The translations under genes and the position numbers were made by a program. Below are positions 1-13,000 of a DNA stretch of 64,000 bases, piece after piece. Every line of letters starts with the position of its first letter. Positions within the stretch are counted from its first letter, which is position 1. A model generated the notes under the pieces. It had not been told where the DNA came from, did not search any database, and worked only from the letters and a program-made list of their open reading frames with translations. The stretch comes from Ascidiella aspersa. Taxonomy: Eukaryota. The stretch lies in the NCBI GenBank assembly GCA_963924565.1, contig OZ004613.1, positions 15,934,001 to 15,998,000 on the forward strand, read 5' to 3'.

Positions 1-353
1 TGCTCACGGTCCCTTACAAATAAACCCAAAATAACAAGTTGTTTTTAATGGTATCAATGGGACGGGTGCACTTGCTTCTTTGGTGTCAGCTCGGCTATGT
101 TAACCTCTAACGAATCACTTTATTTGAGTACAACAATCAAGAACAGTTCTAAAACCGTGACCGTGCAACTCAACACTATGACGTCACAATGGACAGTTTA
201 ACTTAAAGCGTGCAATAACGTGAATAAACAACTAATCAGTGTTATATTGCTAATATGTAGCCTTGTGGGTAGTGGGTTAAGGTGCGAGTAAGCGTTTGGG
301 TTTGGGTAGGCCAAGTATTATTATTATATTTATTCTCCCATATTTATTTTTTC

Positions 354-534
354 GGCGCTGGTCTAGAATTCTACCACAAGGAACATTACTTTAGGGTGCG
401 GGTTAGCGTTTGGGTGGTGAGGCATGTATAATATTGTTAAATAATAATACTCGCCCAAACACTAACCGACACCCTAACCAAATATTGTGCTTTGCTTTTA
501 TAATTGTATCGTAGTAGGATTCTACACCAGCGCC
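354..534. mobile_element. Small foldback MITE with GG..CC termini
   Basis: TIR GGCGCTGGT(C/G)TAGAAT with internal arms also inverted. Both flanks read A(T)6-7C, a possible 8-9 bp TSD but low complexity. Confidence 0.6.
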
Positions 535-1719
535 ATTTTTTTCTTGCAATTTTAATTTTGACAACTTGTATTGTTAGTTTTAAAAAATCTGTTGGAATTC
601 TCGACCAGCGCCTTATTTATTGATATGTGATCATTATAGTTGCAAAATCGTCTTTACCGTCCAAATCCAAAGTTCCAACCTAAAGTATGACAAGTGCACC
701 CGCAATTTTTTTTAAACAGACTAGACCTGCACCCCTAGAAAATTAATATGCACCCAGTTTTCTCATATGTTATTATGGCGGTACCACTTTTCACCTTAGT
801 TACACCCGGTCACCCGAATTTTTTTAGCCGTGCACTCGCGATATCTCATCTAGATCTTCCATACTTTCCAGACTGGCCTATTGCACACCTGAATTGATAT
901 TGCGCATTAAATTTCAGAAAAAAAATTGCATGATTTCCAACCTAAGGTGTGCAAAAAACATCATCGAACACCTCAAAATTTGGTTATGCACACTCAAGAT
1001 CTAAGCAAGAAGTGCCATAAAATAAAGACTGGGTGTCCGGGTGAATATCCTCTTCCATAATACTTGACAAATGTTAACTCACATGCTAACCCTAATAATG
1101 TTAGAAATATAAACACCAGGACACAAAATGTGATAGGATTCTAGACCAGACTCATTTTTTTTTTAGTTTTAACTTCAGATGAGCTAAACTCTATCATTTA
1201 AAGTTTTAAGTTATGTGGCCCTCATTATTTAAAAGTTTGGCCTAGCTAGGTTTTTTGTCAATTTGTAAAAAAACGATTGATAGAGTTAAGTGGTATTGAT
1301 TAAATTGTGAATTTTACATTGTATGAGCAATGATAGAGATGTTGAAGTTGAATACTAAATCCTTGGATTCGAATCCAAGTGGGATTTGTATACAATTCTG
1401 CCGTTTATTTTGAGTAATTGGAACCGATATAATTTGATGTTTTATCATCGTTGGTTGCGCCTAATTGTACAAACGCTTCTCAATCAAGTATTATTGGGCA
1501 AACGACTAATGTGTAATGACAGGTGCAGATTTTGTATTTTCCTAAACTGCGTTAAGTTGCAAACGTAGCATTCCCTTGAAAACATGCTGGCCTTGGACAA
1601 AATGTGCTACAGGGTTGCCTTTAAGGTCAATTTTAAGCCAATATTCAGCTAGTTGATGCACAGCGTAATTGTCTAGATTGGTTATGCAAAAGTAGTGTTG
1701 TATTCTTTGCTGTACATCA

Positions 1720-2261
1720 CACAGCAAATTTTAAACTGGTATGTGATAGATTGATTCTTAATGTGTTTTCGGCGCTGATTCTGAAAATGCCTTTCTTTTT
1801 TGCTCACTCATCACCTTTCTATCTGTATGGGAAAGTTCTTTTATTAACGTTTTTTGTAATTAAGTAGTTCATTTCGAGATTCTCAAAATACATTTTTTGC
1901 ACACTTAGTTAAACCTATTTTGAATAAACCTGGGTTCAAAAATTACATTTTAAGCTATAAAACCCTGTCACCAAAGATTTTATAAAGGAAATAGTTGAAA
2001 ATTCCATCATAGAAGTACTATTGTGGTAAATCGAGTTGTGTGTATAAAAAAATTATATGTCAGACGTTTTAAGGCCATGTATCACAGCTGTGCATTGTTT
2101 TTCAAGCGCTTTTTTCGGAAAATTAAAAATTGGTGATATCTTAAAAATGTAATGTGCTAGAGAGAAACCAAAGGTATATTCAGAATCAGCATGAAAAATA
2201 CATCTAAGATGAAATACTCGCATTCTTGATTAGAAAAAAAGTGAAAATTTGTTGACCAGTG
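1720..2261. mobile_element. Non-autonomous CAC...GTG element (Chapaev3-like) nested in the MITE
   Basis: The segment is absent from the sister MITE copy, whose empty site reads GTACA-TTA-TTTGACTGCA. Flanks here are TCA/TTA. Imperfect TIRs and inverted subterminal GCTGATTCTGAA/TTCAGAATCAGC. Confidence 0.55.
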
Positions 2262-2339
2262 TTATTTAACTGCAACTGTGCGTTAATTTAATAATTATCG
2301 GAAAACTGGGAAAAAAAAACAAACTCAGTGGCCATAAGA

Positions 2340-2640
2340 TAGTTCATCGTCCTTGTTACGTCATGAATTTGTTACGTCACAAATCGAAGTATTGGGACCT
2401 GAGTGTTTATATTGTGTTTATAAAGTGTAATTGTTAAATTAACGCACATTATTTGGGTTAAGGTGTGGTTAGTGTTTAGGTTTGGATGGGTCAAGTATTA
2501 TTAAACCTAATCTTCTCATGCAAATTTGTTAAGTCAAATTAGTCAATTATCAAGACCTCCAAGTCTAAAAGGTGGACTTTTTGATCCTTTGAATGCACTT
2601 GTCGTAGACCTTTTTGCTTAGAACTGCACTAATTTCTGAC
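2340..2640 (+). repeat. Dispersed repeat with degenerate GGGTTA-like core; other copies near 270-330, 7560-7810 (-), 8870-9130, 60260-60430
   Basis: Shared strings GTTACGTCACAAAT..TATTGGGACCT, AACGCACATTATTTGGGTTA(A/G)GGTG and GGGTCAAGTATTATTAAA. Confidence 0.7.
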
Positions 2641-4064
2641 GGATGGGGTGGTTGCATTGTACTAAATATAAAAATAATGAGTTTTGGCAACAACCTGGAC
2701 ATGTGTTACAGTTTGCAAAGCTGCTTTAAATGATAGGTGTTAAGAATGTTAAACATTTAAATGATTTTTTTTACAATATACACATGCTAGCAAATTGTTT
2801 TGCGATTTATTACTGTGACTGTGGTCGATGTAGTGTAGGCTATATTAGACTAATTCCTCCCACAAACAAAACCAAGGTTGAATAATTTAATAAAATATAC
2901 TAGGATGCAATATTCTAGATTCGTTAATCTAGATTCGAAACCTAAATTTTTAGAATCCCTTCGGATTCTACTTTGAACATCCCTAGCAATGAGCATAATG
3001 TATACAGCTTTATTTTATTTTTACCAGTCATGTTAGCTACACTGCACCTTTTTGTGACAGTTGTTGTCAATTTTAAAGTAAGGTCAAAATGAGGGATAAG
3101 TTATTAAACCATTACATCCCAGGATGTTCTTCTTTCCATCTTTTGTGTTTCTGACTTTGTATTATGTCACACGGCAGTTAAATGTAATCAACTGCAGCCA
3201 TATCCATTGTTACAGAATAGCGGTGAAAGGTGTGTCAACCTTTATACAATTTTTCATACGTTGCATAAATGTTTTTCATGTTTAAAATAGATAGTCAAAT
3301 TAATTTTTACCAACTTAAACTTTTTACTGCAGTAAGTTTATCAAGCTTTCGGAAAGTTCTTTTTATAATACAATTTTTTTTTGTGGCATAGGCTTTTTTT
3401 ATATAAACCAATGCTTTATAAGAAATACATAGAATTTTGGTTATTACAAAAATTTAGCATTTGCTCACATGTCAAATTTATAATGTCTTTGCAATATGGT
3501 CATTGTAATGTAAACCAAGTCTCTTAGCTTTTGTTCTTGATTAACATATATACCATATGATTTTTAAAATCATGCAAACTTTTGTGATTTTTGTGCAGCC
3601 ATATTACTGTTTGTGCAATAGACTTAAACTAGTTTCCAAAAGTATCTTGGATAAATGCTCTTATATGGAGAAATGAGAGAAGTTTTTTTAATGCGTCAGA
3701 TTTCTTCTAAAGTGAAAATCTGTTGATATAAACTAAAGTATTGCATTCTTCTCCTTTGCCTGAACACCTTTACATCCATACCTGACTTACCTAGGGAGTA
3801 ATTAGACTTGATGTCATTTGCACATGAGTTTGACAGACATTAGTGGGTCCGTATTGTTATATATATATTTGTTTTATAACATCATGTCTTTCCCTCAACA
3901 ACTAAAAAGTTATGGATCTGTTTCTACCTTCCACTACTTTATCATAATTATTTTGTCATATATAATATTTCTAACATACTCTTTTCAGGTTCTTATTTTT
4001 ATAATAACAATTTAGTCTCAAATGAGTAAAAAGTATTTTCTAAGGGCAAAATCTAAATAAAGGA

Positions 4065-4087
4065 ATGTCGGGAATAGCGGAACTAAG
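4065..4087 (+). CDS. DAPP1: DAPP1 coding exon 1 (MSGIAEL-S)
   Basis: ATG at 4065 with in-frame TAA upstream (4041-4043). Donor AG|gtacga is phase 2, matching the next exon. Upstream acceptor ctaac...cttttcag| at 3988. Short exon, so less certain than the others. Confidence 0.7.
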
Positions 4088-7000
4088 GTACGATACCAAG
4101 GTCTTCTCTAGTGTATAAATATAAAGTTATAATTGTGATTACCAGCTAACCAAATTGCTCAGATTTGGGAAGCATTCCAAAATATGTTGATATTGTAAAA
4201 AAGGGTGGCTAGAGACTCCTCTATAGCAGAAGTATCAGGATTTAGAACTAGAGTATATTTTAGAATCAATACACAAGAGTTTTAATTAGGGATGTCCTAT
4301 ACAGGATTTTTTTTTACTATAGGGCCATTTGTGTCAATTAACACAGTCATGAAATTCAACCTGTCCGATTTTCCTTAAATTCTACACACCTTTTCACTAT
4401 CCTATATAATGAACATCTGCAACATTTGAGCGTAATTTGTCGATAAATGCCAGAGTTATGAAGCTTTTAGTTTGGGGGGGTCTGCCGAGGGGGCTCAATT
4501 TTTCTATTTTGGACAATGTTTGACGCCCTATTACTGCTAAACTAAATAAGGTAACAACCCAATTTTTTTACAGGTGATAGTACTTCTACCAAATATTCAA
4601 AAAACAAGATAGTTTAAATTGTCACTCTTAAAGGTCAAAGGTCTTAGACATCCAAAGTTGGCCTTTCCGAGCATTCGGCTAAAATTTTCCCTAATTTTGA
4701 AACCTCGCCAAGACCTCATTTTTGATTGGAATTAGCTAAAAATGGGTTGAAATGTTGTTTATAGAATTCTCTCTTAACTGCGAAAATTTCAGTACAAAAT
4801 AATAAAGGGGTTGGAAGATATTTATTGTAAAACATGGGTTGAAATAAAAAAAAAGAACAAAGTGGTGTCCTTTTAATATCCCGGTTACCCATGACCCCGA
4901 AGAAAATTTGCACTGAAATTTTGTCCACATTTAATAAGATATGACAAGTCTACCATGCAAAATTATTTTAGTAAATGTTTTCTGATAGAAATTCTGTGTA
5001 AAATTTGGACAAAAACGCGAAAAATTACAAATGACAAAAAATTAAAATGTATTTGTAATTGTGTTTTTAACAATTGTTAGCTCACAAAACACAAGTGTTA
5101 TACTTGTGACCAGGGGCGTATCCAGAAATCCAAAAAGGGGCGGGTCCCGAATTTTCAACTTCGGGAATTCCCCGTTTTTCCGGCTGACGTTAATGACATC
5201 ATAAAATAGTGACAGATATGACGTCATAAAACAGCGATTGTAATGACGTCCTAAATAATAAAAATCGTCAGAAACAGCCAATTAACATCCAGCAAAAGCA
5301 AACTTTTAGACGCCAAATACACCGTCACACGGTCGTCGCCGACACTCCTGCCAGGCGCCAGCTGCGAAACCGCTTAGTGTGCAATCGTTAACTTCAGGAG
5401 AAAAACGAAAACAAGTCCGTGAAATATATGTGATCGATTATGGTAAATCCATTTACGGGACTACGCTAAATTAAAAGCACGTCTTTCGCCACCTGCAATA
5501 CTAAACGAAGATCGCTTTTCCCCGGTCTTATTTGATTAGCGCAACATCGGCAAAAACGCCACTTCAATAGTCTAGTTCAGTGTTTTTAATCTTTTCAACT
5601 GAGTGCGCACCTGGCGAGCGCGAATTTTTTGGGGGAAAAACGGCATTTTAAAAAATTTCTTGCAAGTCTTTATTGCATTGCCGAAAATAAAAGTAAAAGA
5701 AATGTTGAAAAATATATGTCCAATATTTTTGAATACGTTTTCCGTTTTTCCGTGACGCATTTGGCAGCCTTCCACGGCGCAACAGTAGAGAAGCGCTAAT
5801 CTATTTCAATAGACAGCACGAAAACGTAAAAAGATCATTCACGCGAAGCGCGAAAATTTTTCGCACTTAAGTAGTTAAAATAGTCAAAAAGTATTTGAAA
5901 TGGACTCGTGTATAGTTTGTCAAAGAAGCAGCAGGCCCGATGAATTACAGAGACCGCTTGATTGATTGTTATTAATTGTCGAACACACACTTGTTGATCA
6001 GTCAACCCGAACGAATAACAAAATGAGAAAGAGAAAAAATATCTGCTTTTTACGGTCGACTAAACAAGAAACGAAAAAAGTGTTTTGTGTTTGATTTTGG
6101 TTTCTCATTAGCAAGACGTGTGACCCAATTACACTGAGACGGTGAGGTAAACCCTGACAAAAACGAACAAAAAACGTTAATGTCACTTCCGAAAAGGGGG
6201 GGGGGGGGTCCGAACCCCCAAACCCCCCCCCCCTGGATACGCCACTGCTTGTGACTGTAATGTGCAACTTAATAACCGGAGTATTTTTCTAATTTTTGGC
6301 CAGATTACTGTTTAATTTAAAAAAAAATCATGCATTTCTCGCCAGGCACGCTGTCACATTTGTTGTGCTATGTAGAACCTTATTTTCTATAATGGCAAAG
6401 AATTTACACTAACAAACTAAAACTTACTTTTATACTATTCAAAATTGTGAAACAATAAACAACTTGTTACTTGATTGTGATATAGATGCTGACATAATTA
6501 CATTGCCAAAATGGGAGGGGCAAGAGCAGTGTTCCCAGAAATTTTTTACCATGTGCGCAGGTGCCCAAAATTTTGCGCACAAGCCGAAAATAAGTGCGTA
6601 AAGTGCCCAAATTGGATACGCGGGAGCGGGAGACCTTTTTTTCTTTTTTTTTTGTCTTCGCTATTTTCAGTCTGTTATTATCCACGAAGTTGCCAATTTA
6701 CCGGGTCCTTAATAATTAGTTCGGTAGTTCTATAATTAATTATAAATATAATCTGTAATTATTTTTTGCTGGCTTTGTCAAACGGATGCTTTCGTTGCAA
6801 TGGAGGGGAGCAATATGCGCAGGAGAGCACGAGAGGCGTAGCAATAATCTTAATTAATTTTTCCCAGACATAAAAATGAGTCTCTTTATTTGGCGAATAG
6901 CGCTCGCTTGAGACGTGATTTCGCTTGGACTTAGTCAAGTGTAGCGCGGTGTAATCGCCTAATGGTCGAGGTAATTATCGCGCGTAGTGCAGCGGTTTTA

Positions 7001-10000
7001 GCAGTAGTGGTTTTAACTTTTAAACGGGTTACACATTTTTTTAAAGTGATAACTTTGATTAGAAACAAATTTGGCCTTCACGTCTTTCCTGTTCATATTG
7101 ACATAAATTTAACCTACTCTTTAGTTGACACAACACGCAACTTTGCTTTTTCGGGGTATATTGTAATTTGCATTGTACACTGTTTTGCAAAAAAAATGAG
7201 CTTAAAAGTTTTATCTTCGGAAAATCCCAACCTTTTAGGAATTAAAAAACAGCATGAAAAGTTCATTTTTGCAAATAAAAGCATATCGCAGGTAATTGTA
7301 ATAATTATGTTTAAAAAAGTTTAAAGCTATTCCGACGCAATGTTTTTTATATAAAGAAAGTACTTTCGTATAAGACAAAACATACACTGCAAAATACAGA
7401 TACCTTGAACTAAAAATATCTCCAAATTAGGAATAAAATAAAGTTGTAAAACGAAGATTCGCGTGTATCGCAAAAAAATTCCAGTTACTGAGAACCATGG
7501 CCTGGTGTCTACTCTAACCTCTATGCAAAACTTAGATTCCAGTCAACTACACTACCTTGTTTTGACAAAGTAAGCCCAAATCTATCGTAAAAGATTTAAA
7601 TATGAGTTAAGTGAGCCTATTAGAGACACCAAGAACTAATCAACTTTGAAGTCTTGGTACAATAACTAAATTGACTTAACAAATATGCTTAAGAAGATTA
7701 AATTTAATAATACCTGCCAGCTGAGCCCAAACGCTAATGAGCACACCCTAACCCAAATAATGTGCATTGATTTAGTAATAATATAAACACTTTCGGTCCG
7801 AATACATCAATGTGTGACGTAGGGATGTTCAAAGTAGAATCCCAAGGTATTCTAGAATAATAGGTTTCGAATCTAGAATAACGAATCCAGAATAGCGAAT
7901 CCTAGTATATTTTTATTAAATTATTTAACCTAGATTTTGTTTGGGGAAGGGATTAATCTTAATCTACCCTACAGGGCCCACAATCACAGCAATAAATCGC
8001 CCAAACAATTTGCTAACATGTGTACATTATAATAAAAAAATCTCCCATATGTTTAACATTCTTAACAACTGTCATTTGAAGCAGTTGTGTAAACTGTAAT
8101 ATGTCAACTGTCCAGGTTGTTGCCTAAACTTATATTTTTGCCAATAGTGAGTACAATGCAACACTGCACACAGAAGTCTTAAGCAATTCGGTCCTGTTTT
8201 TTCAAGCATTGTTGGGTCTTAGGGCTTATTTTTTACTAACGTGATCTGTTATGCAGTCAAATAATGTACTGCAAAGAATACAAAGTTACTATTGACTTAA
8301 CGAATTCTTGACAATTACACTGCGCATAGCCGCATAACTGCATAACCTCGCTGAATATTGGCCTAAAGTTGACCTTAAGTAACCTTATAGCGCATTTTGT
8401 GGACGGCCAGCACATTTTACAACGTAATGGTACTTTTGCAACTTAACGCATTTAGGGAAATTGCGAACTCCACACCAGACATTACACGTTGATTGCTCGC
8501 CCAATAACGCTTGATTGACACTTAATTATTAGATGAACGTTATCGCGAGACGCAGTAATTGGTCGCCCGAAAAAACGCTGACACTGCACTACCAGGTTAC
8601 ATTTAAAGCAAGCACTATAAATTGGTCACCGCAGCAACATGCCAACTTACCACACGCGTTTGTGCAATTAGGCGCAACAATCGGCGGTAAAACATTAAAT
8701 TATATCGGTTCCAATTACCCGAAATAAACGGCAGAATTGGATTCGAATCCAGATGGGATTGGATTCGATATTCTACTTTGAACATCCCTAGTGTGACGTA
8801 ACAATCCTATATAACCTGGACTAGAAATTATCTTATACCCACCCGAGTTTGGGCTTTTTCCCAGCGTTTAAATAATTATTAAATTAACGCACATTATTTG
8901 AGTTAAGGAAACTGGTTATCGTTTGAGTTTGAGTGGGTCAAGTATTATTAAATCTATCTCATAGTTTTTTGTAAGTTTTTAGTCAATATTTTTTATTTAT
9001 ATCTGCCGGAAGTTTGCCTAAAGATCCAATTAGTGCAAATTGCCGCTACCTCAAGGTTTAAAAGTCAGACTCTCCTGCCTTTGGATGCCCTAATTGTCGT
9101 AGACCTTTTTGATTTCTGAACAGATCGGCTAATTTCTGACAGATCGGCTGAAACTACACATGCGTTTAATTTCAAAGTAAAACATAAGACACCGAATATA
9201 GGCAGAAATCATACCAGGCGTAAAATGTAACCATAAAAATTACTGCACAAAATATAAAATATTTATAGCAGAACTTGCGACGCCCTGAGAATTTGCCGGT
9301 GCTTTATTTGGGTGTGAGAGCGCCTTCCCTAGTTAAGAACCACTTTTTTTGCACGTATATCTGAAAGCAAACTAATTAGGACACTTTTTTGGTCGTACGT
9401 AGCTCAAATAAAACTAATTTGGGCATTTTTTTGTCCGTACGTAGCTAGGATAAAACTAATTTGGACACCTTTTTGTCCGTACGTAGCTCGAACCAAACTA
9501 ATTTGTGAACTTTTTTAACGGTACGTAGCTTAATTAAAACTAATTTGGGCACTTTTTGTTCCGTACGTAGCTCGAATAAAACTAATTTGGGCACTTTTTA
9601 TTCCATATGTAGCTCGGATAAAACTAATTTGGGCACTTTTTTGTCCGTACGTAGCTCGAATAAAACTAATTTGGGCACCAAATGGGGTACATAAGGTATT
9701 ATATGTAATAATCTTTGCAAAATAGTGATAATGTGGGCCTCAGGAGACGACTGGAAATCGAATTTAAGTTAAAAAACAACTTTTAATTTTTTTTTTTTGC
9801 TTGCGCACTTCCGTGAAATAAAGTGCGCAAGTGCCCAAAATTTTGCGCAAAAAAAGTGCGCTTAGCGGGAACACTGGGCAAGAGTTTTGAAAAATTAAGC
9901 CAATGGGGTGTGGCACATAAAAGTTTGAGAAACCCTAAATAGAGGTTGTCAAATTTTTAGTTTAAATACAATATATTGTTTAATGTTATAAACAGTTAGA

Positions 10001-13000
10001 TGAAGACATCAGAGTTATACCTTTCATAATAAGGTTCAAGCAATAGCCTCATAGTGATTGAACACTCTTAACTGAGCATCTGAAAAGCCTGGATGACTTT
10101 ATTGAATCATTGTGTGACACCTTTCTCGCTTCAAAGACTTATCAAAGTTAATCACAATCAAGTTACTTGAAACAAATTAAACATAATTTAGCTGTTGATG
10201 ATGTTGTAATATTACTTGATATTGCTGAGAACTACTCATTTATTGTCCAATATGCCGTGTAGGAGTTCAACAGTAATCATTCAACAATCGTTCACCCTTT
10301 TGTAATTATGCTACAAAAAATATGGAGCTTTAACGACAAAAAGCTTCTTCATAGCAAGAAAGGGGCCACAGACTGATTTAATTAAGTCACCCAGGCTTTC
10401 AGCTACTCAGTTAATTTTGTTCTATTAATGAGCCTATTGCTTAAACTTAATATAAAAGATAAAAAACTGGTATGTTCGTCTAACTGTTTATAACATTTAA
10501 CAATATATACCCATAACCCAATAATAAAATTAAAATGTAGTGTCAAATATTAATACATTTTTTGCTTGCTTTAATAAGCTCTGCTAACTTTGAATATTCA
10601 CTATTTTGTTAGATTATTCTTTTGAGGTATAAAGGGACATTGGCTTGCAAACCATAGCAATAATGTTATTTATTTATTTTATCTTCCAATTCAACTCAAA
10701 GAGTCTTGTTGTTCTTTTTTCGATTTGCAGCTGGTACCACGGCAGTATAACCAGACATGTTTCAGAAGCCCTTCTTATGGCAAATGGGGTTGAAGGAAGT
10801 TACTTACTAAGAGATGCAGCAGAAGAGGGAACCTATTCTATATCTGTCAGGTAAACATGCTAATGCAATGGTTCTCAAATTTTTTTTTCATATTCTTCCC
10901 TTAAAGACTTTAACACTGTTCATTCCTCCCAAAAAAATCGCAAAAAATGAATATTGCCAAAATTTCATGGTATACTGATATGATGTGCAAGGTGCGTTTT
11001 TATGATTTATCTCAGAGATAACAGTGAACATTACAAAAGTAGGGTAAAATTAAAAAACAATTACAAAAATGCAAAGAACAATTTTACCGAACTTTACATA
11101 ACGTATTTCCAAAGTGTTATTCATTGTTAATGTGAACCATGAGCTTTATGCTTAAATAAAAACAATGAAAACTAGACAGGGTGTGCGTTTTTTGTATATT
11201 TTGCTAGGGGGGTATAGCGCGGTTCTACTATATTATACCAGGGGGGTATAGCGCAATTACACTATACTTTACCAGGGTGTTATTCCTTAGTTATTCTATA
11301 TTATTTCAACGGGTCTTATTTGTCAGTGTCCATATACTCCCAATTTTGTGCTTCCAGTTTCGGTGCTTTAGCAGGCAAAAGCGGATGTGGCCCGAAGTTG
11401 CGTGTTATAGGTTGGACATGGTGCACTTTTACAAGATTGATTGCCAGTGGTCTTAATATAAATTTGGCTGCGAAGCAAACCTATAACTTGTCTTAATAAT
11501 TAAAAAATATTTTAAAATTTTTTCTTGCACCCCTATACGCCTCTCATTGGGGACAAAAGTCAATAGTGTGACGTATAATCGATTTAGTTCTTAACAGCTA
11601 TCTACTCCAATCTAGCGGCAGAAAACCTTCAACAGAGAATTCTTTCATATCGCTTGCTTTATTCTGGCCGCGAAGCGGGTGGCTCCCTGCTGTGCTTTTT
11701 TTGTCCAGCGCGTGCAACATTCATTGTGCAAAGTGTCTCGTCTTAGTGAAACTATGCGCATGCGACTTGCCTTTTAGAAAGATGCTTCTCTTAGTGAATT
11801 AACTTATTGCTCTTACAAAACAACACATTTTACTGCCGCAAGTTTAAATGAAAAATTTGCCAGGCAGTGTACACCACTCTGTTTGCAATTTTTTTGTCCA
11901 TAAAAAAATCCCTTTAATTTCTATATTTTTGGTTAATTATTTTCCCCCATGGGTTAATTATTTTGAGTTGAAGGTCAAAATTTTGCTGTGAAGCAACCTA
12001 TAATTTGTCTTTATAATTGAAAACTATTTAACAATGTTTTCTTTTGTTTTTAAGATACCTCCAAACACTAAAACGGCCAAATTTTAATTTTACCCCCCTA
12101 AAATACTCCCCCTTTTTCAAGAGGTAAAATGTTTATTTTAACATCAGCTTTAAATGGTTCTCTAACATTTGTGAAATTTACAGATGTTTATGTCATTTCC
12201 TTCTAGTGTAAATATATCATTGAAATATCCTAAAGTGTTTTGCATTTTGATCCCCCGGATGAACAGTTCAGGGGTAAGGTTTAAAATGTTGTTACTTAGC
12301 ATTGTATATGTCATGTATCCATCATCCATGAATATATCAGATTTTTTTTACATTTTCTTATCTCTGAAAAGTGCTCAAAACCAAAATTAACAAAAAATGA
12401 CAGTTTTGCCCCCCTAAAAACCACCCCTTGGAACCTGGGCAAATTTTTTTTATATTGGAAACAACTTTGGGAGGGTATTTAACAGTTGTGAAAATTTCAT
12501 GTTCCAACTATGTTTTTTTCCTTGTCAAAAGTGAGCCACAAAAAATTGTCTGGAAAAGAAAAAATACATTCGGATAAAAACAACATGTGTCCAAAAAAAA
12601 ATTTTTTTTTCGGGCCACATAATGAAGAGAAAAGCATGTCAGGTTTGCCTGAAAATCTCCGCGTTTGCAAATGTCAAGTGTTCCTCTTTTTTGGTTAAAA
12701 TATCTGTATTGGTAAAAAAACGACATTCAAATAAATATGTAGTCGGAAATTGAAGAAGTGTTTGCTTTACAACCATTAATTTGGCATACTTAGCACAAAC
12801 TTGTGGATCCAACCACATTAGCTGTTTTTTGAATGAATGAATTGGTAAACGTCGCTGTCCAGCATTTGCTTTGGCATTTTGCAGAATTTAAAATATATAC
12901 TTGACCTACACTGAACTATTCCTTTAGCACTAATAAGACTAAGTCTATCAAATATTCAACTAAAGCTTATCTACAATAAGTATTATGTGATTAGAAGGAT

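Larger units (their letters stand above)
1334..2985. mobile_element. hAT-type MITE (TIR TAGGGATGTTCAAAGTAGAAT) with nested insertions
   Basis: Inverted copy of the 7820-8790 element; GCAATGA on both flanks. Confidence 0.8.
6527..9876. mobile_element. hAT-type non-autonomous element (3.35 kb) with nested repeats
   Basis: TIR CAGTGTTCCC; perfect TSD GGCAAGAG (6519-6526, 9877-9884); subterminal GTGCCCAAAATTTTGCGCA near both ends. Confidence 0.88.

Noticed and set aside
270-480. Telomeric repeat or chromosome end
   Set aside because: The GGGTTA-like words are degenerate and embedded in a dispersed repeat family.
9352-9679. Regularly spaced repeats resembling a CRISPR array
   Set aside because: Units are contiguous with no unique spacers, the context is eukaryotic and there are no cas genes; it is a minisatellite.
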